The notes under the pieces are model-generated. The model had not been told where the DNA came from and searched no databases. It worked only from the letters and a program-made list of their open reading frames with translations. Shown piece by piece: positions 9,981-20,083 of a stretch of DNA of 64,000 nucleotides (the first letter of the stretch is position 1; each line of letters starts with the position of its first letter). The translations under genes and the position numbers were made by a program. This DNA is from Alphaproteobacteria bacterium. Lineage in GTDB: Bacteria > Pseudomonadota > Alphaproteobacteria > UBA828. The stretch is from assembly GCA_965214705.1 (NCBI GenBank), contig CBDCCI010000002.1, positions 1,696,001 through 1,760,000 on the forward strand. Direction: 5' to 3'.

Positions 9981-11182
9981 GGAAAGTCTGAACAACCCCA
10001 TCTTCTCGGCTTCGAGGGGGAGAGGGGGCTTGGATTTGAAGCTCGACGATATTCCCGACAGGCCGGGGGCTGCTTTTGTCGCGGGATGCGTTGCGAACGG
10101 GCGATATCCACGTCGATCCGCCGCATTTGCCGCCGTCCCGCCCGCAGCGCGCAGACTGCTCCCCTGTCATTGCGTCGCGTAGCGGCCGGCGATCAGCAGG
10201 TTCGAGAACCCCAGTAGCAACGCGATGCGCTGCCTGTTCTTCGCCACGCCCCGGTAGCGCACCTTGGCGTAGCCGAAGTGCCGCTTCACGTACAGGAACG
10301 GATGCTCCACCTTCGCCCGCACCGACGCCTTGCGCGTCTCCGCCGCCGCTTCGGCGCCACCCCCGGCCAGCAGCCGGCGCCGCCCCGGCTTCATCGCCAC
10401 ACGCCACTCGACACTGCCATCCCGGTGCTCAGGACGCTTCTCCACCCCCTGGTAGCCTGCGTCGCCCCACGCCGTCACCTCGGCGCCATGCAGCAGCGCT
10501 CCCGCCTGCGTCACGTCGCTTGCGTTGGCCGCCGTCGTCACCACGCTGTGCGCCAGACCAGACCCGGCGTCTACCCCGATGTGCGCCTTCATCCCGAAAT
10601 ACCACTGCTTGCCCTTCCTCGTCTGACGCATCTCAGGGTCCCGTGCGCGGCGCCGGTTCTTCGTCGACGACGGCGCCTCGATGATGCTCGCGTCAACGAT
10701 CGTCCCCGTGCGCAGCCGATGGCCGCGCGACGCTAGGTGCGCATTGATCTCCTCGAACAGACCCGCGCCCAGATCGTGCCTCTCCAGCAGATGCCGGAAG
10801 TTCAGGATGGTGGTCTCGTCGGGCAGCGCCTCCGCCAGCCGCAGCCCCACGAAACGCCTCACCGACTCCACCTCGTAGAGCAGGTCCTCCATCCCCGGGT
10901 CGCTCAGGTTGTAGAACAACTGCACGCAGTGAACGCGCAGCATCACCCTAAGCGGGTACGGGCGCCGACCGCGCCCCGCCTTCGGATAGAACGGCTCGAT
11001 CCGTCGTTCCAGCCGCTCCCAGGGAACCAGCTTGTCCATCTTCTCCAGGAACAGCTCGCGCCGCGTCCGGCGCTTCTTCAAGTCGTGCTCCAGTTCCGCA
11101 AAGCTTGCCTGTGCCATGGCCCGATCATCCAATCCGCGACTCATGCGCGAATTGTGGCACACCCGACTTGATCAGACCTTCC
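9981..11182 (-). mobile_element. IS5-family (IS5 subgroup) element, second copy, transposase 10167-11117 intact
   Basis: Same IRs and 1,202-bp length as 2375-3576; flanks CTAA/CTAG. Confidence 0.94.
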
Positions 11183-11580
11183 CTAGTACTTGAGGCAGAC
11201 CACTTCGTGGAGGGCCGTCATGACCTCGTCCATCGATGCCCCCTCTTCAAGGGGTCGAAACACCACACCCCCTCGGCACATCGCGATGCCGTCGGGAGGA
11301 GACGTCCACTCCAACAGTATTAAATGCCGATCGACATTTGGGCGGAACACTCGCGACCGATCCGACCCGTCTGCCAGTTGTCCGTCACCAGCGGGGCGCG
11401 CTCAGATGGCTCGCAGGGCGGGCGGGGCCGGGGGCAGATCGCGTGAGCGGCTTTATGCGGAGCCCCCAGCTTCTCGTGCGCTGATGGGCCGTTTTCGGGC
11501 CACTGCGGGCCAATCGCTATTTCAGGCCTCTTTCTGTCCACTCGACGAGCACAAAATTGAGCTGGACTGTGTGGCGACCC

Positions 11581-11870
11581 GAGATATGGGGGGGCGGCTG
11601 GTTGCCGCCGGACCTCCCCCTGTACCTCTCACGATGTTTTCTTCGCAGTGAGGTTGCGTTGTGATTGACGGTGCGCTCTCGGGTTCAGCCAGCAGCGGTG
11701 CTGTCCGCCCGCCGGCTTCGCCGAAGCGCGTAGCGCGGAGGGGAAGACGGCGGGCGGATGCAACCTGCGAAGGCTTCCTACCATCATGCGTGTTCCGTCC
11801 CTTGAGGACGGGACGGGCCAAGGGATCGGGAGCAACCGACTGCCCCCTGCGCCGTGAGCACCTGGGGGGG
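11581..11870 (+). other. Possible orphan non-coding left end of an IS110-family element
   Basis: Starts GAGATATGGGGGGGCGGCTGGTTGCCGCC, has several hairpins and GGCTTCCTACCATCATG, and ends at an RBS-like G-run fused to the Dsr1-like gene. Resemblance recalled, not searched. Confidence 0.45.
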
Positions 11871-14041
11871 CGCCGGCCCGACACCAGGAGAGTCTTCGCC
11901 AACCGGATGTCGGACTTCCGATTCTCGGTCAGCGCGTGTAGCGCTAGCCTTCTGAAAAGCGAATGGCCCGACAGCACCCAGCGGCGGACCAGGTTGTCCC
12001 CGCGAGCACGGTCGCTCATTGCGAGTTCCAGATAACTGTCGCGAACTAGGGAACCTCTGATTTATCAGGGGTTCCCGTGGCACAGGGATGTGCCACCATT
12101 TTCGGTGGCTGTAAGTCACTGAAAATGTGAGCAAAGCGGAAAGCGCGCTTCCGCCTTGCGCGTCTGAGAAATGCAGGAGGCACTTATTCAGACCTTCCCT
12201 AGGTCGATGAGGTGGCCGAAACCTTCATTACCGTGATGCCGATTCTGGTCGCTCTCCACGATTGAAGGCCGGTAGAAAGACGAGTTCGATGGGATCTCCT
12301 CGTGTTCCAGCCCGAGTGTCAAGGCGCACTCCAGATGACCTGTCAGCATCTCCGCGTGGCGTGACAGAATGCTTGAGTTATTCAGGATTCCCTCGACGTA
12401 AGACCAGGATTCCTCGTCGACTACCACCAGCTTTGGATGCCCGCATGCATCGATGGGCGGGATTGGTTCCGTTTCTCCGTCGTAGTACCGGCCGAACTCA
12501 AGTCGGGAAGAGGGACCTGGGACCACGATCAGACGTGGCGCCATACCCGCGATTGCCATTTCTTCGATGCGACGTCGCTCGCTATTCCAGTGCGCTTCCT
12601 GGTATTGCTGAAGACTCCAGAGGAATCGATGGGGATCCTTTGGTTCGTGGCTCGACAATATGGTCCAAAGAAGCCTCAAACGAGGCGGGATATCCGCGTT
12701 CGCGCCACTAAGATTCATTCGAACCATGTTCCCGAGACCCGGGTGTAAATGCCCGCCGGCGCGCAAAGCCCAACCGAGGACTTGGGGCACGTGCAGATGA
12801 CGAGCTATCCAGCGCGCGAAGTGCGCCCTGGTCGTGTCCAAGGACTGCGGGTTCAGCGAGAGAAATCCACTGTCGACCAAGCGCACGAACGCGGGGTTCA
12901 AATCGTCTGCATCGGGATTTGCCTCCTCAGCGGCACAGCACAGCCACCCTTCTTGCTGGAATATTTCCAGCCAGCTCTCGATCTTCGGGAAATTGACTTC
13001 GTCAAAGATGGGAACCGCCTCGGCAAGCGCCCTGGAGGCGACCGGGTCATCCAATGCCCATAAGACGCGTTCGACCACCGGGTCGCTTGGCCCAGCGGGG
13101 AGTTTGCTAATGCCGTTGAGCGCGATCTGGGGTCGAAGCTGAATGGGGTCGGTTCGGATGCGGGCCCACTCGATGAGTGTCTCGCCGACCAGGCGATGAC
13201 CCTCCCGGCTGTCATACAGGATCGGTTTGACGTTCTTCGCGAGTCAGCCGTCGCGTGCCTTGTCCTGTCCGGCGGGCGTTCCGTCGTGGGGTGCAAACGC
13301 GAATGCGTTTGCGAACCGTGCGCCCTTGGCGCGTTCCGCGGCAAGGGAATCGACCAAGTAGCTCATGACGGGATCGGACACGCCGTATCCGACGAAGATG
13401 ACGGTGAACTCGCGGAACAACTCGGTGACGAACCGCGCTGCCCAGCGTTCGGTCAGATACGCCCTCCCGAAGTCCGCCGCGGTAAGAACCAGATTCGAGC
13501 CGTCGTTGCCGGGAACGATTCGACCGTGCAAATGGACAAGGCTCGACCAGCTGTGCCGCTTGGGCACGGGCAGCATGGGAGCAGCATCGACGAACTGTTC
13601 CCCAGGTCTGGCTTCCACAAACCGGTTGTCGAAATTTGTGGTAACCAGGCGAGCTCCCTGTTCAGTCCGCGAAAGGTCAAGCAGCGCCTCGTGGACGTGG
13701 AGCGGGGCAGTGGGCTGCGTCGAGAGACAATCGATGACCGTGTGCCGCAGGGCGGACGCTCCCAAGCGTTCTGGTCTCTCCAAGAGGCCCAGGGCCTTGT
13801 CGAATTGAGGCCTCCGGAGACTCGGTTCCGGTGCATCAAGGTGGAGGGCCTCCCGCTCGACATCATCTGGCTCCATACGGTTTTCTTGGTAAACGTGATC
13901 CACGAGTTCGGCGAAGTTCGGAAGACCGGAGCCGCCACCGCGAGAAACGCCCGCGCCGCAGAAGAAGACGACGCTGCCGGTGTCGGCCTCATTCATGAGG
14001 TGGATTGGAATCCTCGGTTCATTCGCCACTAGTTCAAGCAT
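11870..14041 (-). pseudogene. SIR2-domain anti-phage protein, Dsr1-like; frameshifted, MITE-interrupted and 3'-truncated
   Basis: VVFFCGAGVS, LVTTNFD, LHG, DFGRAYLTERWAARFVTELFR, FVGYGVSDP. Fragments at 13244-14041 and 12203-13078; reads LIDL|VRDSYLELA across the MITE. Confidence 0.82.
12050..12198. mobile_element. 149-bp MITE with IS5-type ends
   Basis: GGAACCTCTGA...TCAGACCTTCC, CTAG TSD at 12046-12049 and 12199-12202. Removing it restores the sirtuin reading frame. Confidence 0.88.
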
Positions 14042-14244
14042 TGAGGGCTCTGTCGCGCTCCGTCTCATCTGTTGTTCGGCACTACAAGCTAAAACGGAAT
14101 CTATAGATTGGACTGGAAGTCTTGCTCATTTCGGACAGGTTTGGGGTTTCACGTGTAGCCGTTGGGCTGGTGACATTTTGGTGACATGGCGGCGTTTCAT
14201 CGCATCATAGCCGCTCAGATTACCCACTAAGTATTTGATTTGAT

Positions 14245-14321
14245 TGGTGCGCCCGGCAGGACTCGAACCTGCGACCCCTTGATTAGGAATCAAGTGCTCT
14301 ATCCGGCTGAGCTACGGGCGC
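14245..14321 (-). tRNA. tRNA-Arg (CCT)
   Basis: GCGCCCGTAGCTCAGCCGGATAGAGCA-CTTGA-TTCCTAA-TCAAG..GTTCGAGTCCTGCCGGGCGCACCA; 77 nt. Confidence 0.96.
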
Positions 14322-14390
14322 TCCGGTGCCATCGATAACGGCGGAGCAGCGTTTGTCAATCGGGCCGGTTCGGCACGCGGCGACGCCGCG

Positions 14391-15170
14391 TCAGGCGTCG
14401 GCGAGGGCCGCCGGGCTCTCCGGCAGGATCTGGCCGCCGTCGAGTACCAGCGCCTGGCCGGTGATGTAGCGCGCCTGATCGCTGGCGAGGTAGACGGCGG
14501 CGTAGGCGATGTCCTCGGTCTCGCCGATATAGCCGGCCGGGATGACCGACCTGATTTCCTCCACCTGGTCCCCGCCCAGCTCCACCAGGCCCGGCGTCAT
14601 GATCGAACCGGGGGAGATCGCGTTGACCGTGACGTTGTGCTTGGCGAGCTCCAGCGCAGCGCCCATGACGAAGGCGTTCACGCCGCCCTTCGACGCCATG
14701 TAGTGGGCAAGCCCCGGCCAGCCAACGTTGGGGCCGGTGATGGACGAGATCACGACGATGCGGCCTCGCCCTTGCGCCTTCATCTGCGGGATGCACGCCT
14801 GGACCCCGTAGAAGACGCCCTTGAGGTTGGTGTCCATCACGTCGTCCCAGGTCTCGTCGTCCATGTCCACGATATGGGAGGTGGGAAAGACTCCGGCATT
14901 GGCGCAAAAGACGTCGATAGCGCCGTAGCGCTCGACGCAGGCCGCCGCCATCCGCTCCATGTCGGCGCGTTGCCTGACGTCGGCCTGGAGGAACGATGCC
15001 TCGCCGCCGGCGGCCGCGATCTCATCGGCAGTGGCCTGGCCTGCCTCGGCGCTGCGGTTCACAACCAGCACCTTGGCGCCTTCCTTGGCGAACACGGTCG
15101 CGATGCCCTTGCCGATGCCGCGGCCCGCGCCGGTCACGATCGCGGCCTTGCCCTGTAACGTGATCGCCAT
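14391..15170 (-). CDS. SDR-family oxidoreductase (FabG-like)
   Basis: TGAGRGIG, ANAG, SS, YMASK, NAISPG; RBS GGAGGGGAG. Confidence 0.93.
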   Translation of the reverse strand: MAITLQGKAAIVTGAGRGIGKGIATVFAKEGAKVLVVNRSAEAGQATADEIAAAGGEASFLQADVRQRADMERMAAACVERYGAIDVFCANAGVFPTSHIVDMDDETWDDVMDTNLKGVFYGVQACIPQMKAQGRGRIVVISSITGPNVGWPGLAHYMASKGGVNAFVMGAALELAKHNVTVNAISPGSIMTPGLVELGGDQVEEIRSVIPAGYIGETEDIAYAAVYLASDQARYITGQALVLDGGQILPESPAALADA

Positions 15171-16716
15171 GCTCCCCTCCCGCCGGTTGCGGCGGGACGA
15201 TAACACGAAGCGCGCTCGGCAGGCGCTTGCGACCTTTGCTCCAAGAGCGCGATGCGCTGTCATACAGTCGCAAGGGAGACGAAGCCGTTCTGTCTGGCTG
15301 CTCAACCACCCGGACCATGGTGCGATGCACGGCGATCGCAGCTCGCGCCAGCATCGTGTCATGGAACGCAAGATCGAAGGGGGTGCGGTGCATGAACGCA
15401 GGAAAAGCGGGTGCTTGCTTCTCACACGGATGTCCAGCGAGGGTCATGATCTCCGCAAAATAGAAATTTGCAAAACGAACCCAATTTGGCGTAACGCCTT
15501 GTTTTGTAATGAAATAAGTGATTCCAAGTGAGATTACGCCCCACTTGGAGCCACTGATCGAGTTGCATGCCGCGACTGAGGGGAGAAATCCGGGCTAGCC
15601 CGACCTATTCATGGAGAGCCTTGCACATGAGGCTCGGCTGAGGGGTCGCGTCGTGGCCTGACGCGGTTTGGCGCCGGGATCTGAGGATGGGTCGCTATTG
15701 GGTTGAGGGTTGAACGAGCCTGGGTTGTCGGGGCACATCGCCCCGGCGCTCAGGGGCCTGCTGCGGCGAGGCGGCCTGCGAGCAGTCGGAAGAGAGCGGC
15801 GTCCGGGCAGGCCGAGGCGAAGTGGATGCGGACGCGGGTGGCCTTCTCGATGACGCGGGCGCCGATCTTGAGGAGGCGCAGCCTGAGGGTTGCAAACTCG
15901 GCGCGGGCGAGCGGCGCTGTGCGGGGAATGGCGTCGCGGAGCGCGAGCATCAGCCAGTAGGCTGCGGTGTGGAGCACCAGCCTGAGCTGGTTGGCGAGCG
16001 GGCTCTGGCAGGAGGTGCGGTCCGAGGCGAGCTGGCCCTTGTGCATCTTGATCAGGTTTTCGGCCTGGCCGCGGGCGCAGTAGATGTCTTCGTAGAGGTG
16101 GCGGGGCTCGCCCTTGAGCGAGGTGACGACATAGCGGGCATCGAAGCCGCGCGTCGTCGCCTCCAGCCGAGCCACGACCCGGCGTTCGCGGCTCCAGGAG
16201 CGGGCGGCATAGGCGAAGGCGGCGAAGCTGCGCATCCTGTCCGCGCCGGCCTCGGCGCGGCGGACCTTGAGATCGTCGGCCACCTCGTAGGCCAAGGCGT
16301 TGAGCGCGCGGTTGCCCGCGAGGCCGAAGATGTAGTCGACGCCGTTCTGCTCGCACCAGGCCATGGCTTGCGCGCGGCCATAGTGGCTGTCTCCCCGGAA
16401 GACGATCCGAGTGTGCGGCCAGTGGCGGCGGATGCGGCGGACCAGGTGCTTGATGAGGGTGCGGACCTCGATCCCCGAGGGCGTCTTGAACGAAGCCGCT
16501 ACGCGGAGTTAGCGGCGTAGAGTTCATTCATTTCCGAGGCGTCGCGGGTGCCGTTTGTTCTGTGCGTTCGCTTCCCGGTTGCGTCAGTGGCGCTCCGCCC
16601 GTCGGGTGGCGGATCCCCAGCAGCCTCCCGATCACCAGTGGTTAGCATCGACCCCTGCGACGGACCGTCGCCGGATCGGTCCGGCGGCGCGCCGTCGCGA
16701 TCCAGGGAGATCGATA

Positions 16717-17595
16717 ATGACCGGGACCGCGTGCGACACGAACACCGTCACCCCTCTTCGCCAGCGCATGGAGGAGCAGCTCCGCATCGCCAATCTGGCC
16801 GCGAGCACGTCCAAGGCCTACATCTGCGAGATCAAGAACCTGGCCAGGTACTACGACGCCTCGCCGGACGAGCTCGACGCCGAGCAGGTGCGCCAGTGGT
16901 ACCTGGGGCGGATCGACAAGGGGCTCAGTCCGGGCACGACCAACGTCTCCTTCGCCGCGCTGAACTTCCTCTACATCGACACACTCGGCTGGCCTGACCA
17001 TGTCGCCGGCCTGCGCTCCCGCAAGAAGCCCGGCAAGCTGCCGCGCTACATGTCGGAGCAGGAGGTCGAGCACCTCATCCTTGCGACACCCGACCTCCGC
17101 CACCGTGCTGCCATTGTCACCGGCTATGGCGGCGGGCTCCGCATCTCCGAGACCTTGGCCATCAAGGTCGGCGACATCCTGTCGGAGAAGAAGCTGCTGC
17201 ACATCCCCTCCGGCAAAGGCGGCACCGAGAGAATGGCACCGTTGCCGGACATCGTCATCCACTACTTGCGCGTCTACTACAGGAACATCTGGCCGCGTCC
17301 GACGAGCTGGCTCTTCTACGGCGTCTCGCTCGACAGGCCCATCGCAACGGAGACCTTGCAGGCCGCCTTCAGGAGGGCGCGCGACATTGCCGAGCTCGAC
17401 CGCAGCTACACCTTCCATTGCCTGCGCCATTCGGCGGCGACCCATCTCCTCGAGCGCGGCGGCGATATCGAGGTGATCCGGGACATGCTCGGCCATCGAA
17501 GCGCGAACACGACCCGTCACTACGCCCGCGTCACCGGCAAGATGTTCGAGGGCCTCGACCACCCGATCTCAGGCTTCGCAGCGTTGCGCAACTGA
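16717..17595 (+). CDS. Tyrosine recombinase (copy 2)
   Basis: Same protein as 6579-7457. Confidence 0.95.
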   Translation: MTGTACDTNTVTPLRQRMEEQLRIANLAASTSKAYICEIKNLARYYDASPDELDAEQVRQWYLGRIDKGLSPGTTNVSFAALNFLYIDTLGWPDHVAGLRSRKKPGKLPRYMSEQEVEHLILATPDLRHRAAIVTGYGGGLRISETLAIKVGDILSEKKLLHIPSGKGGTERMAPLPDIVIHYLRVYYRNIWPRPTSWLFYGVSLDRPIATETLQAAFRRARDIAELDRSYTFHCLRHSAATHLLERGGDIEVIRDMLGHRSANTTRHYARVTGKMFEGLDHPISGFAALRN

Positions 17596-17898
17596 CGGCG
17601 CGTGGAGGCCGAACGCGCGGGCGTGGCGGAGATCTTCCGCCGCGCCGGCGCCGCTTTCCGTGAGCGCCACAAAGGGCGCATCGACGCCGCCCGGCTCAAG
17701 GTCATGGGCGCCATCGAGGCGTGCCGCACCGCCGTGCTCGGCGGCCACATGTACGCCTGCGAGGGCTGCGGGCGCGAGCATCCGCTCTTCAGATACCATG
17801 AGCACGGTGGCACCGAATCGATTCTGGCGGTTAGACAAGCTCGGAGAGAAGGCCAGCACCTTCTCTCCGAGCGGAATCGTCAACAACGGAGTGGACGG

Positions 17899-19095
17899 AT
17901 GTCGGATGGTCCAGACACGACCGCGCTGACAGGCGCAAGTAGTAGCACGATTTATGTCGCGGTGGAGATCAGCCTCAAATCGTGGATCGTTGGCGTGCAT
18001 TGCCCGGATGCCTCGGGTGGCAGCATCAGCATCCACACACTGGCTGCTGCCGACACGGCGGGACTGTTGGATCTCGTCGGGTCGGTGCGGGAACGGGTGG
18101 CGAGGGAGCTCGGCGCCCGTCCTCGGGTGATGCTGACCTACGAGGCGGGCTACGAGGGGTTCTGGCTTGCCCGCGATATCGAGCGCCGTGACGCGGAGAT
18201 CGATATCTTCATGAACGATCCGGCGAGCCTGCGGGTGAACCGGCGCGCCAAGAAGAAAAAGACCGACCGTATCGACGCGAGGAGGATGGTTCGGGCTCTG
18301 AAGGCATGGGACCAAGGCGATTCGGAGGCCATGTCCTGGGTGCGCGTGCCCGATGTGGACCAGGAGGATGCCAAGCGCCTGCTGCGCGAGAGGGACACGC
18401 TGATCAGCGAGCGTACCCGCGTCAACAACCGGATCAAAGGGCTCTTGCAGTTGCACGGCATCTTCGATCTGGCGCCGCGCAAGCCGGACTTCCTCGAACG
18501 CCTCGCGACCGCGCGGACGGGCTATGGGGCGCCGTTGCCGCCGCGTGCGCGGGCAGAGATTGAGAGGGCGGTGGGGATGCTTCGCCTGGTTGAGGAGCAT
18601 ATCGAGATGATCGAGGCCGAGAAGAGGGCCCTGCTGAAGGCTGGCCGGAAAGCCCAGGACGCGACCAATCGTGACGGGACGGCGATGATCGCGGCGCTTA
18701 CGCGCATCCATGGCATCGGCCTCAATGACGCCACACTGCTGGCTGGCGAGGTGTTCTATCGGGACTTCCGCAATCGCCGGGAGTTGGGCAGCTGGGCCGG
18801 GTTGACGTCGGTGCCGTGGGCGAGCGGAGATGTCGACCACGATCTTGGCATCAGCAAGGCCGGCCCCTCGCATGTCAGGAAGCACATGATCCAGATGGCT
18901 TGGCGCTGGCTGAAGCTGCAACCGGAAAGCGCGATCACGAAGTGGTTCCACGCCTACGTCGCCAGGGATGCCGGTGGCGGGAGGGACCGGCGAGCGAGGA
19001 AGCGGGCGATCGTGGGGGTCGCGCGCAAGCTGCTGATCGCGCTGTGGCGCTATGCCACCCAAGGACTGGTGCCTGAGGGCGCCATCGTCTCCTGA
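17899..19095 (+). CDS. IS110-family recombinase/transposase
   Basis: YVAVEIS, YEAG, KTDRIDA, IHGIG, WAGLTSVPWASG, GISKAG, AIVGVARKLLIALWR. Confidence 0.92.
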   Translation: MSDGPDTTALTGASSSTIYVAVEISLKSWIVGVHCPDASGGSISIHTLAAADTAGLLDLVGSVRERVARELGARPRVMLTYEAGYEGFWLARDIERRDAEIDIFMNDPASLRVNRRAKKKKTDRIDARRMVRALKAWDQGDSEAMSWVRVPDVDQEDAKRLLRERDTLISERTRVNNRIKGLLQLHGIFDLAPRKPDFLERLATARTGYGAPLPPRARAEIERAVGMLRLVEEHIEMIEAEKRALLKAGRKAQDATNRDGTAMIAALTRIHGIGLNDATLLAGEVFYRDFRNRRELGSWAGLTSVPWASGDVDHDLGISKAGPSHVRKHMIQMAWRWLKLQPESAITKWFHAYVARDAGGGRDRRARKRAIVGVARKLLIALWRYATQGLVPEGAIVS

Positions 19096-19217
19096 GGGCA
19101 CCGGCCGAACGAACGGGAAAATACAGGGTAAGCGGTATCGGGCCCCCATACTTCCAGCGGATCTGATTTCGGGGCTGACTCTCCGCCTTGACCACGAGCC
19201 ACACAGGAGAGATCGCG

Positions 19218-19643
19218 ATGACAGATTCGATTTTGGCATCTGGCGACGGTGTCGCTGTTGCTTCGGTTGAGATCCCAGCTTCTGAGGGAGCCGCCCCGGC
19301 TCCGTCTGAGCCGGCCCCCATGCGACGCTGGCCGGACGATGAGAAGGCGCGGATTGTCTCGGAGAGCTTTGAGCCGGGCTCTTCGGTTGCGGCGGTCGCG
19401 CGCCGCCATGGCGTCAGCGATACGACCCTGACCAAGTGGCGGCGGCGCGCGCGGGAGGGAACTCTTCCGGGCGCTCGGATTGGTGGCTCTGCACCGCCAT
19501 TTGTTCCCGTGGTGGTTGATAGCGTGACGTCCGAGCGGACGGTGGCGATCGAGGCGCTAGGCGTGGTCGTTCGCCTTCCGGTGGAGAGCGCGGTCGATCG
19601 GATTGTTGCGGTGGCCTCGGGCCTGGGCCGGGCGTCGTCATGA
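19218..19643 (+). CDS. tnpA: IS66 TnpA (HTH)
   Basis: RRWPDDEKARIVSESFEPGSSVAAVARRHGV. Confidence 0.9.
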   Translation: MTDSILASGDGVAVASVEIPASEGAAPAPSEPAPMRRWPDDEKARIVSESFEPGSSVAAVARRHGVSDTTLTKWRRRAREGTLPGARIGGSAPPFVPVVVDSVTSERTVAIEALGVVVRLPVESAVDRIVAVASGLGRASS

Positions 19644-19990
19644 TCGCGGCCCCCTCGCTTCGCATCGTGTTGGCGACGCGGCCGGTTGATTTTCGTCGCG
19701 GCCACGACGCGCTTGCGGCGACGGCGGCGGGGGAGCTGGACCTCGATATCTATTCCGGGGTGATCGTGATCTTCCGCTCGCGCCGCGGCGACAGGCTCAA
19801 GCTCCTTGCGTGGGACGGCAGCGGTCTGGTGATGACCTACAAGCGTCTGGAGCAGGGCCGCTTCGCCTGGCCTCGGATCGAGGATGGTGTGATGCGCCTT
19901 ACGAAGGGCCAGTTCGAGGCCCTCTTCGAGGGTCTGGACTGGCGCCGGGTGAAGGCCCGCCCGGTTCGCCGCCCGCTGGCGGCGGAGTGA
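19640..19990 (+). CDS. tnpB: IS66 accessory protein TnpB
   Basis: PVDFRRG..RRGDRLKLLAWDGSGL..KRLEQGRFAWP. Confidence 0.93.
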   Translation: MIAAPSLRIVLATRPVDFRRGHDALAATAAGELDLDIYSGVIVIFRSRRGDRLKLLAWDGSGLVMTYKRLEQGRFAWPRIEDGVMRLTKGQFEALFEGLDWRRVKARPVRRPLAAE

Positions 19991-20083
19991 GGCGGCACGC
20001 AGGCGGGGCCGCAGATTTCGGTCGCGGTCCCGCCTGCACTTTTCCCTGGTCATGCATTGGCGAATCGGATTAAGGGGTGGCCC

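Noticed and set aside
2375-11182. Composite transposon or inversion bounded by the two inverted IS5 copies
   Set aside because: Flanks (TTAA/CTAG and CTAA/CTAG) give no clean outer TSD, and inverting the segment does not restore the missing end of the IS427-like element.
15455-15530. AT-rich tract with CAAAACGAACCCAATTT
   Set aside because: Looks like a dispersed repeat motif, but it is single-copy here with no boundaries I can support.
17602-19095. 497-aa IS91/IS110 fusion as a new protein family
   Set aside because: Chance in-frame read-through from the IS110 insertion at 17790/17791. The IS110 gene has its own ATG at 17899.
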